Assembly: GCF_006345805.1 (NCBI RefSeq)
Contig: NC_043004.1
Span: 37,386,001-37,450,000, forward strand
Length of the DNA stretch: 64,000 bases
Source: Octopus sinensis
Lineage: Eukaryota
Direction of reading: 5' to 3'
In this document: positions 37,001 through 52,000 of the stretch, piece by piece
Layout of the letters: the number at the start of each line of letters is the position of its first letter
How positions within the stretch are numbered: position 1 is the first letter of the stretch
Translations under genes and position numbers: made by a program
The notes under the pieces: generated by a model
Database searches by the model: none
What the model was told of the DNA's origin: nothing
Seen by the model: the letters and a program-made list of their open reading frames with translations, nothing else

Positions 37001-40000
37001 TATGGTCACCCAACAGTGTAAAATTAACAGCGGACCTTGAAGCAATCCAGAGAAAATTCACAAAGAAGATTGTCTCTTTGCAATAGCTCAGCTACCGGGA
37101 AAAGCTGAAACAACTAAAACTCTACTCCCTGGAGAGAAGGTGGGAGAGGGATGCAGTAATATACATCTGGACCATAACCTTCTCGGCAAGCGCAAGTGAG
37201 ACCATAACCTTGTGGCCTATGCCTGCGGTGTAACCAGTCCACTTATTCGTGCCTTTCCTTCATTGGACACTAAACTCTGCTTCTATTGGCAGTTTCATTT
37301 CCATTCTACACTTGGAAAAACACAAGAACCTTTCTCAATTTGGTCATCTAACCTCTTCCTGAATGGTTTGATTTCCTTAGTTGGTATGCTGCCTGCTTCA
37401 CCATCAGTAATCATAATACTAATACCATGATGATTTCTAAAACTACCCACCACTAGCTTTAATATTCTTGATGCTCACATATGGCAAACTAGCCTAGCAG
37501 CAGCATTTTAAATTCTTACATCAGAGATGTTGTTACTATGTAATTATTGATTGCTTAACTATCTTATTAACTTTTGTATCTTTTGCAACACTCATACACT
37601 TCCTTGCACTAACATATGATGCTTTAGAATTTGCCTCAATGAAAATACAGAGAGTTTGTCCGTAGTTTTACATATGTCCAAAGTTGTTTGCTTTTCAACA
37701 TCATACACTTCAAATAGTTTTGTCATTGCAGCACTTGCCTCTAACTCCCTTATACGTTGCAGTTTTTGATTCACAGACGAGAACACATGCTTCTTCTTCC
37801 GAATTGTTACTATCTCTTGAAAATATAACATACAAGGCTAACATAAATTGGGTTGTCTTCATAGCATGCACTGTCATGTTGTGCCTAATGATCTTCTAGC
37901 ATTGCATAAAATAAGCTCTCTGATCAGTTCAATTAGACTTAATCCTGCAATCTGAATGTGTATTATTAAAATAGAAAACAAATTACATCCATGATGCTGA
38001 AAGATCAGAATCATTGTAAAGAAATTATGTTTCAAGTAATAAGTTTCATGTAGTGTTTATTAGAGGGGTGTGAGGGGGGAAAAGACAATATGGAGAGAGA
38101 AACATGGAGAGGAGAGGATGAATGAATTCATATAGTAGTGAATTAAAGGTCAGTTAGTTTGGGGAAGTTAGAAAAAAGGGTAGACTTGTGAGAAGGGAGT
38201 AAAAGTGAATGATAAATACAATGTGTACCTTCAGTCCTTATTTTTCTTATACTTTGTTTATACTACCATAATACAATTAACTGTGAGATATTTAAGTCTA
38301 AGTACACACCTAAGTCTCATAATAGGAGACAGAAACAGTAACTTCCTATTGTAATGCATATGAGAGCTATGCAAGGTGGGAGATAGTAATGCACATAGCA
38401 AAGAAGGCAGGGGATATATTAGAGCTCGGTTTTTGGCTTCCCCCTGCATTACACTCCTCCAAGCTAGGAAAGAGGTCTTTTAGACAAGATGTCCATATGA
38501 ACTCCTATACACTAATGACCTATAAGTTCTTATAAGTGAATCTGAAGCAGAAAACAAAAAATTCATAACACAGAAAGAAAACCTTGAATTGAGAAGCCTC
38601 AAAGTAAAACTTAGTAAAGAGTAAAGTAAGCAAGCGAGAAGATAAGATTCTGCTATCATAAGAGAAATGCCCTTGCTTAATATGTAGAAAAAAGCAGGTA
38701 GGTATTCTGTTTGGTGTAAACTATGAATGTACAAGAAGTGTAGAGGGGTCACAGTTAACAGAGAAGGCAGACTTCATATGTGGTAGATGCACAGGGGCAA
38801 TAGGTACTGAGAATACATGCAAAGTAGACTCTCTCCAAATGTCTCGATGGTGCTCTAAAGTAGTTGATGCTTTCTGTTACCTAGAAGACCTAATTAGCAA
38901 TCAAAGAGAGTGATCTGAAAGTAGAGTAGCTAGAGTAAGCTCTGGCAAGAACAGTTCAGGAAGTTATTACCTCCATATACAGGAAGCTACATTGGACCAA
39001 TTCTGTAGCATTCCTTTGATGTAACTCGACAAAATCAAAACATTTGACAACATATGACTTTGGGTATTTCCGTGCCAAAATGGGAGGAGGAGAACAAGAA
39101 AGCTGATGGGTTGTGTGTGTGCGTGCTTGTTCTTGTCTGTGTGTGCGTGCGTGCATGATCTTGTCTGTGTGTGTGTGCTTGTTCTTGTCTGTGTGTGTAC
39201 CTGTTCTGTTTTTATGTATTTATGGGTTGTGGTATGTAAATATAACGAAATTATGCCAGCAATGTCTCACTTTAAACTTGAAGAAAAATAGCTTTGTATA
39301 TTTGTTCTTACCTGCACACAGACAAGAACATGCATGCACACACAATAACAAGCACGCACACACACCCCATCAGCTTTCTTCTCCTCCTCTCATTTCGGCA
39401 AATGTCATTTGGCACAAAAATACCCAAAGTCAAATGTTTTGATTGTGTCGAATTATATCAAAGGAATGCCCAATTCTGCTCTATACATTCTCCCATCACA
39501 CACTCCTCCTCTACTTCCTGTCACCACTGTCTGCCTCCTCCTACTCATGCACCTTTTCTCCCACATATCTCGAACCCTTGTCATCACTCAACCTCTTAGT
39601 TTGCATTACCTTCTATATATATATCAGAGTATATTTTTGATTATGTTGCCATGTGTGTGTGTGTGTGCATGTGAGTCTCTCTCTCTCTCTCACACACTGC
39701 ATGAAATCCAAGTTCTGATTTGTTTGTATATTAGAGTTGATTTGATAATCAAAAACCCTTCAAGTGGTGTATATACCAGCCAAGCAAATTATATGCATTA
39801 AAACTTGTTCCAGTGAAGTACAGCAATGCTAAAAGAATTATTAACCGCAGATATGGGAAAATTCTTGTGAAGTGCTGAAATAAAAGGGCTTGAGTAAACA
39901 AATAACTGAGAAACAAAAGGAATCAGCCACTGAAAAGGAAATAAAATACTGCCATGGTGAGAAAGTGGGCAAGAGATCATAAAGACTAATCCAAAAGTTT

Positions 40001-43000
40001 TCTACAACTTTTAAAAGAACCAAACTCTGAGCACTACAACATATGGCCACTGTTTGAAGGAAGCGATTCACTGGTTCTAAATGTTCAGTACACCACTGAT
40101 ACACAAATATCTGAACCCAGAGTTTTTCACAAAAGACGGGGACCTACGTTCAAAAAATTTCAGCCGTCAATGGCATAGGCCTAAAAGAAAGTGATGTAAT
40201 AGCTGCCGTAGACAAAATGAGTATAAATTCAGCGACAGATTCTGATGACTTCCCAACAATTCCTAAAAACATGTCTAAAGAAAAACATTAGGCAAATCAG
40301 TTTAGTTATTTTTCAAATTCTTTCTGAAGACTGGCAAAAATCACCCAAAACCTGAAGAAGGATATACATTCTACCCAGAAAGAAGGAAGTAGAAGAAAAA
40401 ATATTACAGCTCTGTAGAGTGACCCGCTGTTCTCGAGGAGACCTATTGAGTCAAGTACGTCAACACCAACATCAAAATAAAAATCAAGTGGAAATTGTAG
40501 TTAAGACACCTGTGCTGGTGACACGTAAAAAGCACTGTCCGAACATGGCAGATGCCAGCGCCGCCTGACTTGCATCCGTGTCGGTGACACGTAAAAGCAC
40601 CAACTGATCGTGGCCATTTGCCAGCCTCCTCTGTGCCGGTGGCATGTAAAAAAATATCCACTACACTCATGGAGTGGTTAGCGTTAGGAAAGGCATCCAG
40701 CTGTAGAAACACTGCCAAACCAGCCTGGAGCCTGGTGCAGCCTCCATGGCTTACCAGACCCTGGTCAAACCGTCCAACCCATGCTAGCATGGAAAACGGA
40801 CGTTAAATGATGATGATGTATCTTTGTCTCCACACATATCAATGTCATGGAATGTATAATCAAGGAGAATTTGATATTGTTCTTACAGGAAAATGGCCTA
40901 CTGGATAATAACGAGCATGGTTTTGGGTCAAAGCAGAAGCTGCTTCACACAGCTTCTGCTGCATTGCGACTGGGTGCTGCAACAGCTGCTTGACAAATCC
41001 AATGTTGATGTAATACGTGTAGGCTTTACAAAGTCAATCAAGGGACAATACAGACTTTGTAACCTAAGTACAGTCAGAAAACTAGGAGAGTGATACAACT
41101 TCCTGAAAGGCAGAAGTCAGGTTGTTGCAACCAACAGCTGCCTCTCTGCAAAATCAACTGTTTCATGCAGGATACTACAGGGTATGGTCTTAGGGTCACA
41201 TTAATGTTTGTAACAGTGTTATCACATTTATCCTTGGTTGTCAACATAGAACCACACTCACAAACAATGTTGAAAGTACAAACATATCAAAAGATATAAA
41301 AACTCTAAAGGGTGTTAAAAACTTTAGAGAAGGGCCTCAATACTGTTATTAGGGCCGAAGAAAACAAAATGGCATTCAACAGATGCACATTCCATGTGTT
41401 TTGTTACTAGTCCTCCAATACAGAATATAGATACAAAGGACTGGAAGGAAGTCCATAAAACAGAATCAGACACAGCATGGGAACCGTGAATTGTAATGAG
41501 TAACAATACAGCATTCTACATGCACATTTGGAAAATGGTAGAAACATGCACAAAATTCATAGGATGAATTCTGAGAACAATCAGAACAAGAGAATATATT
41601 AGTTCTGTGGTTGACCTTTGTTCTTAGACATATGGTCAGTATATACTGCCAAGCCCAATACTGAACTGGAAGCAAACCAAACAAACCACAGAAAATAGAT
41701 TGATGCCGAAATGCATTTATTGAAAGAATCTTAAAGAATATTATGCAATCATCTATATCTGGGAAATTCTGAAAGGATTGGTGCCAAAAAAGTTTGGCAT
41801 TCAAATTATACAAATATGAAAACATCATGCAATTTCATAACTTCAAAAGTCTTGCCTACTCTTTCTAAAATGAGAACATTGTATTGCAACAGTGTGGGAT
41901 TCGAGGGGCTATGGCTCTTCAATGGTTTCCTGCAAAACACAAGAAGTATGTGAAGAGTGGGTGTTAGCACTTTCAAAATTGCATTAGATATGCAGCAATA
42001 CACAATTCCTGATGAATTTGTATTAAGACAGGTGGCACAACTAACACTGGTAGCATTGAACTCTCATTCGTCATATACTGAGCACAAGGCTCACACATAC
42101 ATCATAACCACACGTTCATGGAAACACATCTACCCTCCAGGTTACACAAACGAAACTTGTAAATATAAACTTTTCAGTCAATAATGAACCTTTTTGCTTT
42201 ACTTTGTCAATGGCAATTTATAATGAAGGTTTTGTATGGTTAAATTCTGAAAGCACATCTTAACCCGGTTTCCAGAAGCTGGCAATTAAGATCAATCAAG
42301 GGATTGGAAAGCAAGTTGTAAACATTGATAAACTGATGTGTTTGTTATTGCAAAGAGCTTTTAGGTTTCTAAGGCAAAAGTTTGGGCAATAAAATTTTAA
42401 GGATGAAGAAAACTGGGAAAATATCTTTTGTCAAATACAAAAAAAAAAGTTGTATATTAGTAAGAAATCTTAGTGTTTTGGTAGTATACCTTCTTTGTGT
42501 TCCTGATATTTCTGCACCCGTTGAATGAGTGTTTTCTGTAATAAATAATGTGCAGTCAGAAGAAGAAGGTAGTGTGGTAGAAGCCTTCTGATCCAACTAC
42601 GGTGCTTGAAATTTTTTGACAAATTAAATATGACAAATTTGTAAGAAAAGTAGTTTCAAGTGAAAATATGAATGCACTGATGATTAAATAAAATATTTTA
42701 TGACAAAAATATAAATTTAGCTTAATTTACTCGACAATATTTCATATGTACTGTCAAGTCAAAAATTCCCGTTTTATACATCTTTTGAGTCTGATCATTG
42801 TCTTAATGTCTCTCTGTCCTTTACTCCATTTCTCAACCTTCTATGGCATTAAGACAAATTGTACCAGGTCACACATATCACAGCAGTACTTAACCAAATC
42901 TGCCTCAATATAAGAAAATATGCAAGTATGTTAAATCCCTTCCCCAGTGAGAGTCAAGTGGTGGAAAGAAGAGAGTCACATTCCATTAGTCCCCAGCCAA

Positions 43001-46000
43001 CAGTGCTACTGTTTGTTTAGACCTTGTGTGATTTATACTCAATTGTTCAGGTTTCAACTCACATCACGGCAGCAACCCAGCATAACCACATAGTTTCAGG
43101 CTCGGTCCTACTGCATGGCACCTTGGGCAAGTACTTTCTGCTATAGTTTTGAGCTGACCAAAGCCTTGTGAGTGGATTTGGTAGGCAAAAACTGTAAACG
43201 TCCATTTCATGCACGTGCATGTGTGTGTGTCTTTGTCTTGACATAAGATAGCTGTAAATGCTTTTCATTGTCACACAAGCAGTGTCATTCATTGCCAATA
43301 TTCTGTGAAAAATATATCTGGCCATGGGGAAATATTACCTTATTTGGAAACAGGTGAGGGTTAGCAATAGAAAGAGCATCCAACTACAGAAAATCTGCCT
43401 CGACAAACTTTGTCCAACCCATACCAGCATGGGAAAGTGGACATTAAAACAATCATATTCATACACACACAGACACACATCCTTGTTATTATCATTGTCT
43501 TTTAACTTGCATGTTTCACGTTGGTGTGGGTTGGACAGGATCTGATGGGTCAAAGGACTGCATCATGCTCTGACAGCTTTGGCAGAGTTTCTATGGTTGG
43601 ATGCCCTTCCTAATGCCAACCACTTTACAGAGCATACTGGATGTTTTTCTCATGGTAGCAGCACTAGTGAGGTCACCTTGAAGCTTCTGAGACTAAGATC
43701 CCCTTCAAGAGAGTAGGGCTACAAAAGAATGGGTTTCTTACTGTAGAAGAGCTCCATAATTACTCAAACTATAAAAAGAGAGGGTGAAAATTACAGGGAA
43801 ATGGGTGCCAGGTGAATATATAAAATGAACAAGCTCTGGAGAGAAAGGTAGGGAAGAGAGTAAATGATGTAGATATTGGGTAAGGTTGAGTAGGTATGTA
43901 ATGAATGGATGAAGAAGAGTAGGGTGGCCGAGCAATGATATGTGCTGTGGGAGACTAAAAGATGACTGACAATATAGAAAAGGGTGAAGAAGAGCAAAAA
44001 AAATAATAATTTAGTGAAGAGGCAGAGGGTGAAATAAAGGGAGATGTGTGGGCAGATAGGTTACAGTGTGACTAGAGAGACAGAAGTAGGAAGTGAGTGA
44101 GATACAGGGAGATAAGGGACAGGTGGGTAAAGAGAGAGAGATAGACAGACACACAGACAGAGATATACAGTGACAAAGTTGATAGGTATGTAAGAGTATA
44201 CTTACACACCTATATATTTATAGTTGAAATTTACAGAAAAACAAAAGACGAAGACAGGTGTATTAGTTTGACACTCTTCAACAGATAGGAACAAAAGGAA
44301 ATAACAAGGAGAGAAAAAAACTTTTGGAGTTAGAGGTATATACATATATAAAAGGGTAGGCTGTAAAGCTTATAGGCTGACTATGAAGGTGTGATGCTAG
44401 AGCTGTGAAACCTTGCCTGCATTAATTTCAACTCTTCTTATTAATAACTGCATTGTTTCTTTCCAGGTAAACTGACATCTGACTGTTCAAAGAAGACTTC
44501 TCTTGAAAAACAATTTGATATTGAGGTGCTACCAAGCAGGAAAACAGGTTTAAACAACAAGGACATTTATCTTGACATGGCTATTAGATTAGGGAATAAT
44601 GCTCCAGCTTTAACAACGGTACAAAAGAGGGTAGTTGAATTTAGGAGGGAAAAGGCAACTCTTGAAATGATCTAGGGTCTGAACGTCCTACAACTGCCAC
44701 CACCAAGGAAAACATTGAGCATTTATTGACTATCTGTAAAAGGGCCACACCATCAATGGAGAATACTTTGCCACCTTGCTGAGGCAGCTACAAAAGGTTA
44801 TCAAGACCAAAGGTCCAGGAAAACTGACAAAAGGGATCTTGTTTCCTCAGGACAATGCCCCAGCACACAGGTCTTTGGTTTCAATGGCTGCTGTGCACAA
44901 CTGTGACTTTGAACTGGTTGACCACCCTCCCTATTCTCTTCATTTGGCCCCATCTCACTATCATATGTTCCCCCAAAGTGAAAAAAACACTTAGCTGAGA
45001 CCAGTATTGCACTGATGATGACATTATATCTGCTGTTGATGAGCTTTTTTTTACCAACAGGATAAAAGCTTCTTCACCAGTGGGATCGAATGGAAGAAGT
45101 GTGTGTGTACCACAAGGGGGACTATATTGAAAAATAATCCTCATTTGGTTAGACTTCATGAGTATTTTGGTCAGCCTATGAACTTTTCAGCTGACCCTCA
45201 TATATACATATACATGTATGCATTGCATACTTGCACATTTAAGCTTTGCTGTTCTATCACTTTATCATTCAATCATTTTATTTCACTTTTACAGAGATAC
45301 ATGTTTATTTTATTATTATAATTTTTTATTTGTTCATTTTTAAAAGACCGCCCACTATTTCTCATTAGTGGATAGTCTTTTAAAAATGAACAAACAGCAA
45401 CATCTATATTCAAAATACTTGCCATAAATTCTACACTCTGCCATAGAGACTTGGCTGCATGATTAACAAAGAGATGTTAAATTTCAAACAGCAATACAAA
45501 ATAATCTCACTTCACTGACATTGGCATCATTTAGTCCAACCACCGCGAGCAGGGGGAAAAAAATATAAAACATTTTCCATCAAATAATGGAAATTTATAG
45601 TAGATGATGATTATTTTCAAATCTCGTATTTCCAGAGATAATCAAACCCACATTTTTCTTACCAGTATTTTTAGTGCACCTTTATAATTTATCCCTCTTT
45701 CTGGCACCACTTTGGGTTTATTTTTTTTTACAAATCCACCCACCCTTTCTGAACCTCTGTCCATGAGTTCTCTTATATTCACCTTCTGACTTGAGGGTAT
45801 GCCCTGACATCTCATGACTACTATCTTTCCTCTCTTTCCAGCTGGGATAACCATGTATCTCCTCTACAGCAAGACACCTGCTTCTGTCCCCCTAACATAC
45901 TTTAGCTTCTCAACACCTGGCACAAAGCAACTTCCCACACTACTCTACTCCCACTCAGTTAAGGGTCAGAGTTACTTGCTCACCTCACTAGTATTAGTAC

Positions 46001-49000
46001 CACAAAAAAAAAAAAAAAGCACTCAATACATTCTGTAAAGTGGTTGGTATTAGTCATCAAGTCATAGAAACCATGCCAAGGTAGACATTCAAGTTCAATG
46101 CAGCCTTCTGACAGGTTGGATTCTGTTGAACTATCCAATCCATACCTGTATATAAAACAGGCATTAAATGATGATGATGATTTTTACATTAATGTGGCTA
46201 GTTACCACAGAACCAGAGTAAACATAACACAGCTGTTGATAACAGCTAAAAATTTAGAAATGCTCAGAGTTGACTCCTTGCATGATTAGCCAGATATTAA
46301 TGTTAGCTAAACTGAAATATTTTCCCTAATAACCATATTTAAGCCTAGCGTGGTTAATTTTGAATATCATACTAGGAAACTACTACATTCTCGGATTGGT
46401 TGGCATTATGAAGGGCATCCAGTTGTAGAAACTTTGCGAGATCAGATTGGAGCCTGGTGCAGCCTTCTTGCTTGCCAACCCTCAGTCAAACCGTCCAACC
46501 CATGCCAGCATGGAAAGCAGATGTATGATGATGATGATGAAACATATTTGGTGAACTATTTTCGACTAATTTGGAGATGCTGAACCTTCCTCAATTCACA
46601 TTTGTTTTTGCTTCCCCGAGTTCAATTTTTGTCTCTGCAACTCATCCCTACTTTTTAATATTTGCCAGATCATAATAACACTCATCAATAGATGTTTTAG
46701 TATCGTAGAAGTTTGACAAATCCTTGGGTTTAATTGGGGCCCTCATTCCAAATACACAATTAATTTTACCTGATAAGCTCCTGTTTTGGAGGTGTACCTT
46801 ATTTCTTTTATACACTGACATATTTGCTCTTTCACTGAAATTAGAGGCCCTTATATTCTACCTTTTTAGAACTTCATATAAAGTGGGTAATCAATGAAAA
46901 ATAGTGTGAGATGAGATGATAAAGAGAATATTAATATATCACAGGATACTAAACCCACATGCTACTAAATCAGTTTATTTTAGCACAAAAGCTTAAAAGG
47001 CATTGAATTAAAGGTTTCTGCTTTGGATATTTATAGAGTAAATTTCCCAAAATTTTAACGTCCACTTTTCCATGCTTTTTCATAGATCAGATGGAATTTA
47101 TTGAGGCAAATTTTCTATAGCTAGATACTCTTCTTATCATCAATCCTCACCTGTATCAAGCAAGGTAATATTTCCCCATGACTGGACAGGTTTTCACAGG
47201 AAATTGGAAACGAAGGATACCTCTTGTATGATGAAGACATTTGCAATTATTGGACAATGTCAAGACAAGGTGATGTAAATACACCCATATGCACATAAAC
47301 ACACACATGAGAGTTACAACCACTGTTGACTAAAGCTCCTTTCCCTAAGAGTGAAAGGCAGATTGTATGATGCATGGTAGGGAGACACAGGCCTTGAATG
47401 CAAAGGATTTGAGAAGACTAGAAAGAAATGAACCGAGCATGCTCCATTGGATATGCAATGTGAGGGTGCATGAACGAATTAGTACAAAGATGCTGTAGTT
47501 GGAACTTGGGAAGAGGAAGACCCAGGAGGATATGGGATGAAATAGCAAAGACTGACCTCAGGACCAAACCTGACAGAAGAGTTGATGAAGAATTGAAATT
47601 TCTGGCAATATGAAGTTCTAAAAAGGACTCATCCTCCTCCACAAAACTGAGTTCTGGAAGTGCTCTTTCATGGTCTCCATCCAAGTTACAATGAATCTCC
47701 CCCTCCTATCATGCTTTATGTCTGCTTCTTACCCCCTTCCCACTCCACACCTACAGACTACCCAACCAAGACATCTGCCTCTCTTGTCCTCCCCTTTGGC
47801 AACTATACCATCTTACTATTCCTGCCACATCCACCACCCACTCTTTTCTGCATCTCCCTATCTTCCCCAGTTTATTGTTCTTATTCATCCACCCTTCAAC
47901 CCAACCCATTTGGCAGACCCCCATCCTCCTTCCTACACAATCTGGCAAACTACCCATCCAACCATGTACTTCTGCTCAGCTTGTGCCTTGTGGGGCCACC
48001 AGGGCACCTCATTGCCATTGTCTATCTCTTGTAACTCCTACAAGTCATTCTCTCTCTCTCTCTCACTTTCCCCTACAAGATGTGAGAAGCCATGCAGATC
48101 CCGCTAATAGAACCTGCTCTGCTACCCAATTCTAATAGTAGTCTCCTAGTCCCCTAACATGAATCAGACCTCCAGGGTTCGGAGCCTTAATACCAATCAG
48201 CCAACCACTTTACAGAGTGTACTGGGTGCAACATCAGCATGAATGCTTTTCATGTGGCACCAGCATCTAGGAGCCCACAAGATCAGGGATGCTCAGCTGG
48301 AGAGAGTAGCAGTCGATAAGCTTGTATGCAAGGGCAACCATACTTTTACCTAGCTTGATGTGTCTTTTCTCATCCTTTCTCACCACTTCTGGGTCTATCT
48401 CTTCCACAGGTTCCCTCTGCAATTTGAAACTGGCACCTCTTGATACAGTTGTGCTCATCTTTACACATCACATGACTGTATCAGCAGTCTTCTCTCTTGC
48501 ATGCTACAACTGATGCTATGTATACTGTTTTTCTCTCAAATCATTAACCTGTTGTATATGCACACTGACATCGCACATTCAGCAAAGCATACTAGCTTCA
48601 TTTCTTTCAATTCTTCACTTACCCTCAGTAGTCACAGTCAATGTCTCACTGCCATGTAGCATAGCTGTTTGTACACAGGCATCATACAATCTGACTTCCA
48701 CTCTGAGGAAGAGGTCCTTTGTTACTAACAGATGTAATAGTTCCCCGAACTTCACCCAGCCTATTCTTATTCTAGCAGCTATGCTTTTGAAACAACCACC
48801 CCAACTACTAACTTGGTTACCTCAGTAACGGAAACTGTCTACTACTTCCAGGGATCCCCCTGGCATATGAGGGAGTCTATCTTTTGTACAATCCTGGTGT
48901 TTAATGTATCTGCACATCTGCCGTCTGTAAAGACTACCTCCTCCGTTAGTCATCCAGTAATACCTATTTCTTTATTACCCACAAGGGGCTAAACACAAAG

Positions 49001-52000
49001 GGGACAAACAAGGACAGACATAGGTATTAAGTCGATTACATCGACCCCAGTGCGTAACTGATACTTAATTTATCGACCCCGAAAGGATGGAAGGCAAAGT
49101 CGACCTCGGCGGAATTTGAACCCACAACGTAACGGCAGACGAAATACCGCTATGCATTTCGCCCAGCGTGCTAACCTTTCTGCCAGCTTGCCGCCTTATA
49201 CTCGTCATCCAGTAATACCACTGCACCTCTTGTGTGTCCACAGCTTGAAACTGGCTACACCTTATTATGTTCACTAATCATTTTGGTTTATTTTTGAATT
49301 ACAAAAATTTCTGTAGATTCTCTTGTACTGATCTATTACCATATAATGATTTTAATAGCATTAATATTGCAGTAATTCTTGTAATATAATAAGACCATTA
49401 ATTAATCAGAAGGCAAAATTGATGCAATTTTTAAAATTGTCTGATTTCAGTACCCAAGGGGTTAAATTAGCATATGAAAATGTATGCTGTATTTTCAAAA
49501 CAAGAGCTGGTAGAGCAAAACTGTCATATTTGGAATCAACAGCACAAATACACCCCAAAATAGGCCTAACTTGCGAAAGTTTGATAGCATATGGCCAGTG
49601 TAATCAAGTTTCTTTCAACAAAGGGCTTTAACAAATATGTGAAAAATTATGAACAAACCTGACTGGCTTCAGAGCCATTAGAACTAGCTTCTTTGGTGAA
49701 GATTTTCATCTTTTCTTGATCCATATTCCACATAAGTAAGTAAAAATGTTAAGGAAAATTTGATAAGAAAAGTAATATTGGAATTTTTTCCTGAATAAAG
49801 AAATGATGACGTATTTTCTGAGAATTTTTTTTCTTTTCATAACAAATACTAACTTGGTGTAGAGAGCTGAATCACAGGCTCAACATCGTTAACAGGTGAA
49901 TGGGAAGGAAAATGTGATAGATGGAAAATGCTGAGATCTAATGATTGAATGTAGCCAGAGCAAAAGTAAACCAAAAAGCTTAATGAGAGGTATGATATAC
50001 CTGTAGAAAAATCAAACAAAAGACGAGAATGGGGGAAGTTCAAGTTTGTGTACTATGAGAACTGATTTCTGATATTTCAAGTACTTAGAGGTGGTTAGCA
50101 GCACAGCCAGGATGTATAGTCAATAGGTATCTGGATCAAGTAGAATTACAGTAATATTAAAAGATTTGGAATAAGAGAGGCTTGATCATTTTGAACAAAA
50201 ATATTGAATTGCTGAAGTTCAATATTTGGAGCTGAGTTTGCTCAGGATTGTTTAGCAGCAACATTTAGCATTGTTTGTGTTATAATGTAAATTGTATAAA
50301 GTATTGTGCTTATTAGAACAATGTCTTCAAAAAAGGTTTGTCAGTGAAGTTTGTAGTTTAGGTTAAGTTAGTAACATATACATTGTGGGTGAAGATGGTT
50401 GTATCTGTAGCTTAGAAGCATTTTCTATATCTTATATACAAAATTTTAATAATAGTTGTTTTTTTTTTTCACATTGCCAACCTATTTTAAATAATAATAA
50501 TATCACTGACCCTTTTTTTTTGCATTGAAATATCATCATCATTAAACATAAGTTATCCATGCTGGTATCGGCTGGACAGTGTGATCAGAGCTGGCAAGCT
50601 GCACCAGACTCCAGTCTGATGTAGTACAGTTTCTACAGCTGGATGCCCCTCCTAATACCAACCCCTTTACAGAGTGTGCAGAGTGCTTTTGCGTGGTACT
50701 GCATGGGCTCTTTTACATGATGCCACACAGATGTTTTTACATGTCGCCGTTTGGGCACTTTTATGTAGCATCATCACGAGTGCTTTACACCAGCAGCAGG
50801 ATTGGTCTTAACATGTCTGCCGCAGAGTACAGGTCTTCTTGATTATAGCAAGGCACCAGGTATCTCAGTCTTTTGTCATCTCACCTGAAAGGTTCATCTT
50901 CAGTACTTCATCTCCTGTCTTCCCAGTCTCCCACTTCCATGTGTTCCACCCACTTTGGGAGATCAGCACATTTTTATGGCGCTGTTGCCATCCATCCACA
51001 TCATGACCAAACTAGTGCAGTCTCCTCTCTTGCAACAAATTCCTCTTATGTCTAACTTCTCTCTCAGAGCACTGACAATCTGTCAAAACATGCACACTTA
51101 CATTATACATCCAGTGGAGCAGACTAGCCTTATTCCTTTCTAACCTTTGCATATTCTCTGCATTCAGAGCCCTTGTCTCAACTATCATGTAGAATTGTTG
51201 TCTGTATACATGCATCATACAATCTTTCTTTCACTCTGAGAAAGAAACCTTTTGTGGCCAACAGAGGTAACAGCTCTCTGCATTTCCTTCATCCTATTCT
51301 TAATCTAGCTATCACACTCTCCATGCATCCTCCCTTTGTACATGGCCTGCACAGCTTTCACCAGTCACTCGTCTATTCCTAGCCTCCTCAGCGCCCACCA
51401 CATCACACAGTGGGGCACTCTATCGAAGGCTGGTTTATTCTTAGCTAAATACTTCTCTTGCAGTTGCCGGACTATGAAGATAACGTCAGTAATACTTCTT
51501 CCCCAGACAAAGCCCAACTACATTTTGTCTAGCTCAATTCTGCTCCAAATTAATTGATGACTCTCTCCATAATTTCCATAATTTTCAGCATCTTGTCCAG
51601 GAAGTTAGATGCCACTATAGTTGCTTCTATCAAATGCATCACCCTTACCCTTGTCATACCTAACAATTACGCTGCTACTCCAGTCACTGGGTATTACACC
51701 TTCCTGAATAACCTGATTAACGATGCAGGTGACCAGCTCAGTCACTTTAATCAAACTCAATATTTCATTGTTACATAGTTTAACTCCCTGAACAATGACT
51801 GGTAAAATCAGTTCAGTAAGATTTGATCTCAGAATGCAACTAAATATCATAAAATATTCTGACATTCATCACTCAGAACAACAATAATGCAAATGAAAAT
51901 CTTCATGCTCTATTTCAAATATTTGCTCCAACCTTCCATTATGTTATCATCATTGAAGCCCAGCATCCCAAACCTAACCTCTCTTTTTCCTGTATATTTG

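Noticed and set aside
37170-37211. 12-bp direct repeat GACCATAACCTT around 18 bp
   Set aside because: Most likely a junction between the CR1 fragment and another repeat end; too short to call an element.
42180-42400. AIYNEG...PG string reminiscent of Kolobok/Mutator-like transposase C-termini
   Set aside because: Only a few residues, with stops; it cannot be supported without an HMM search.
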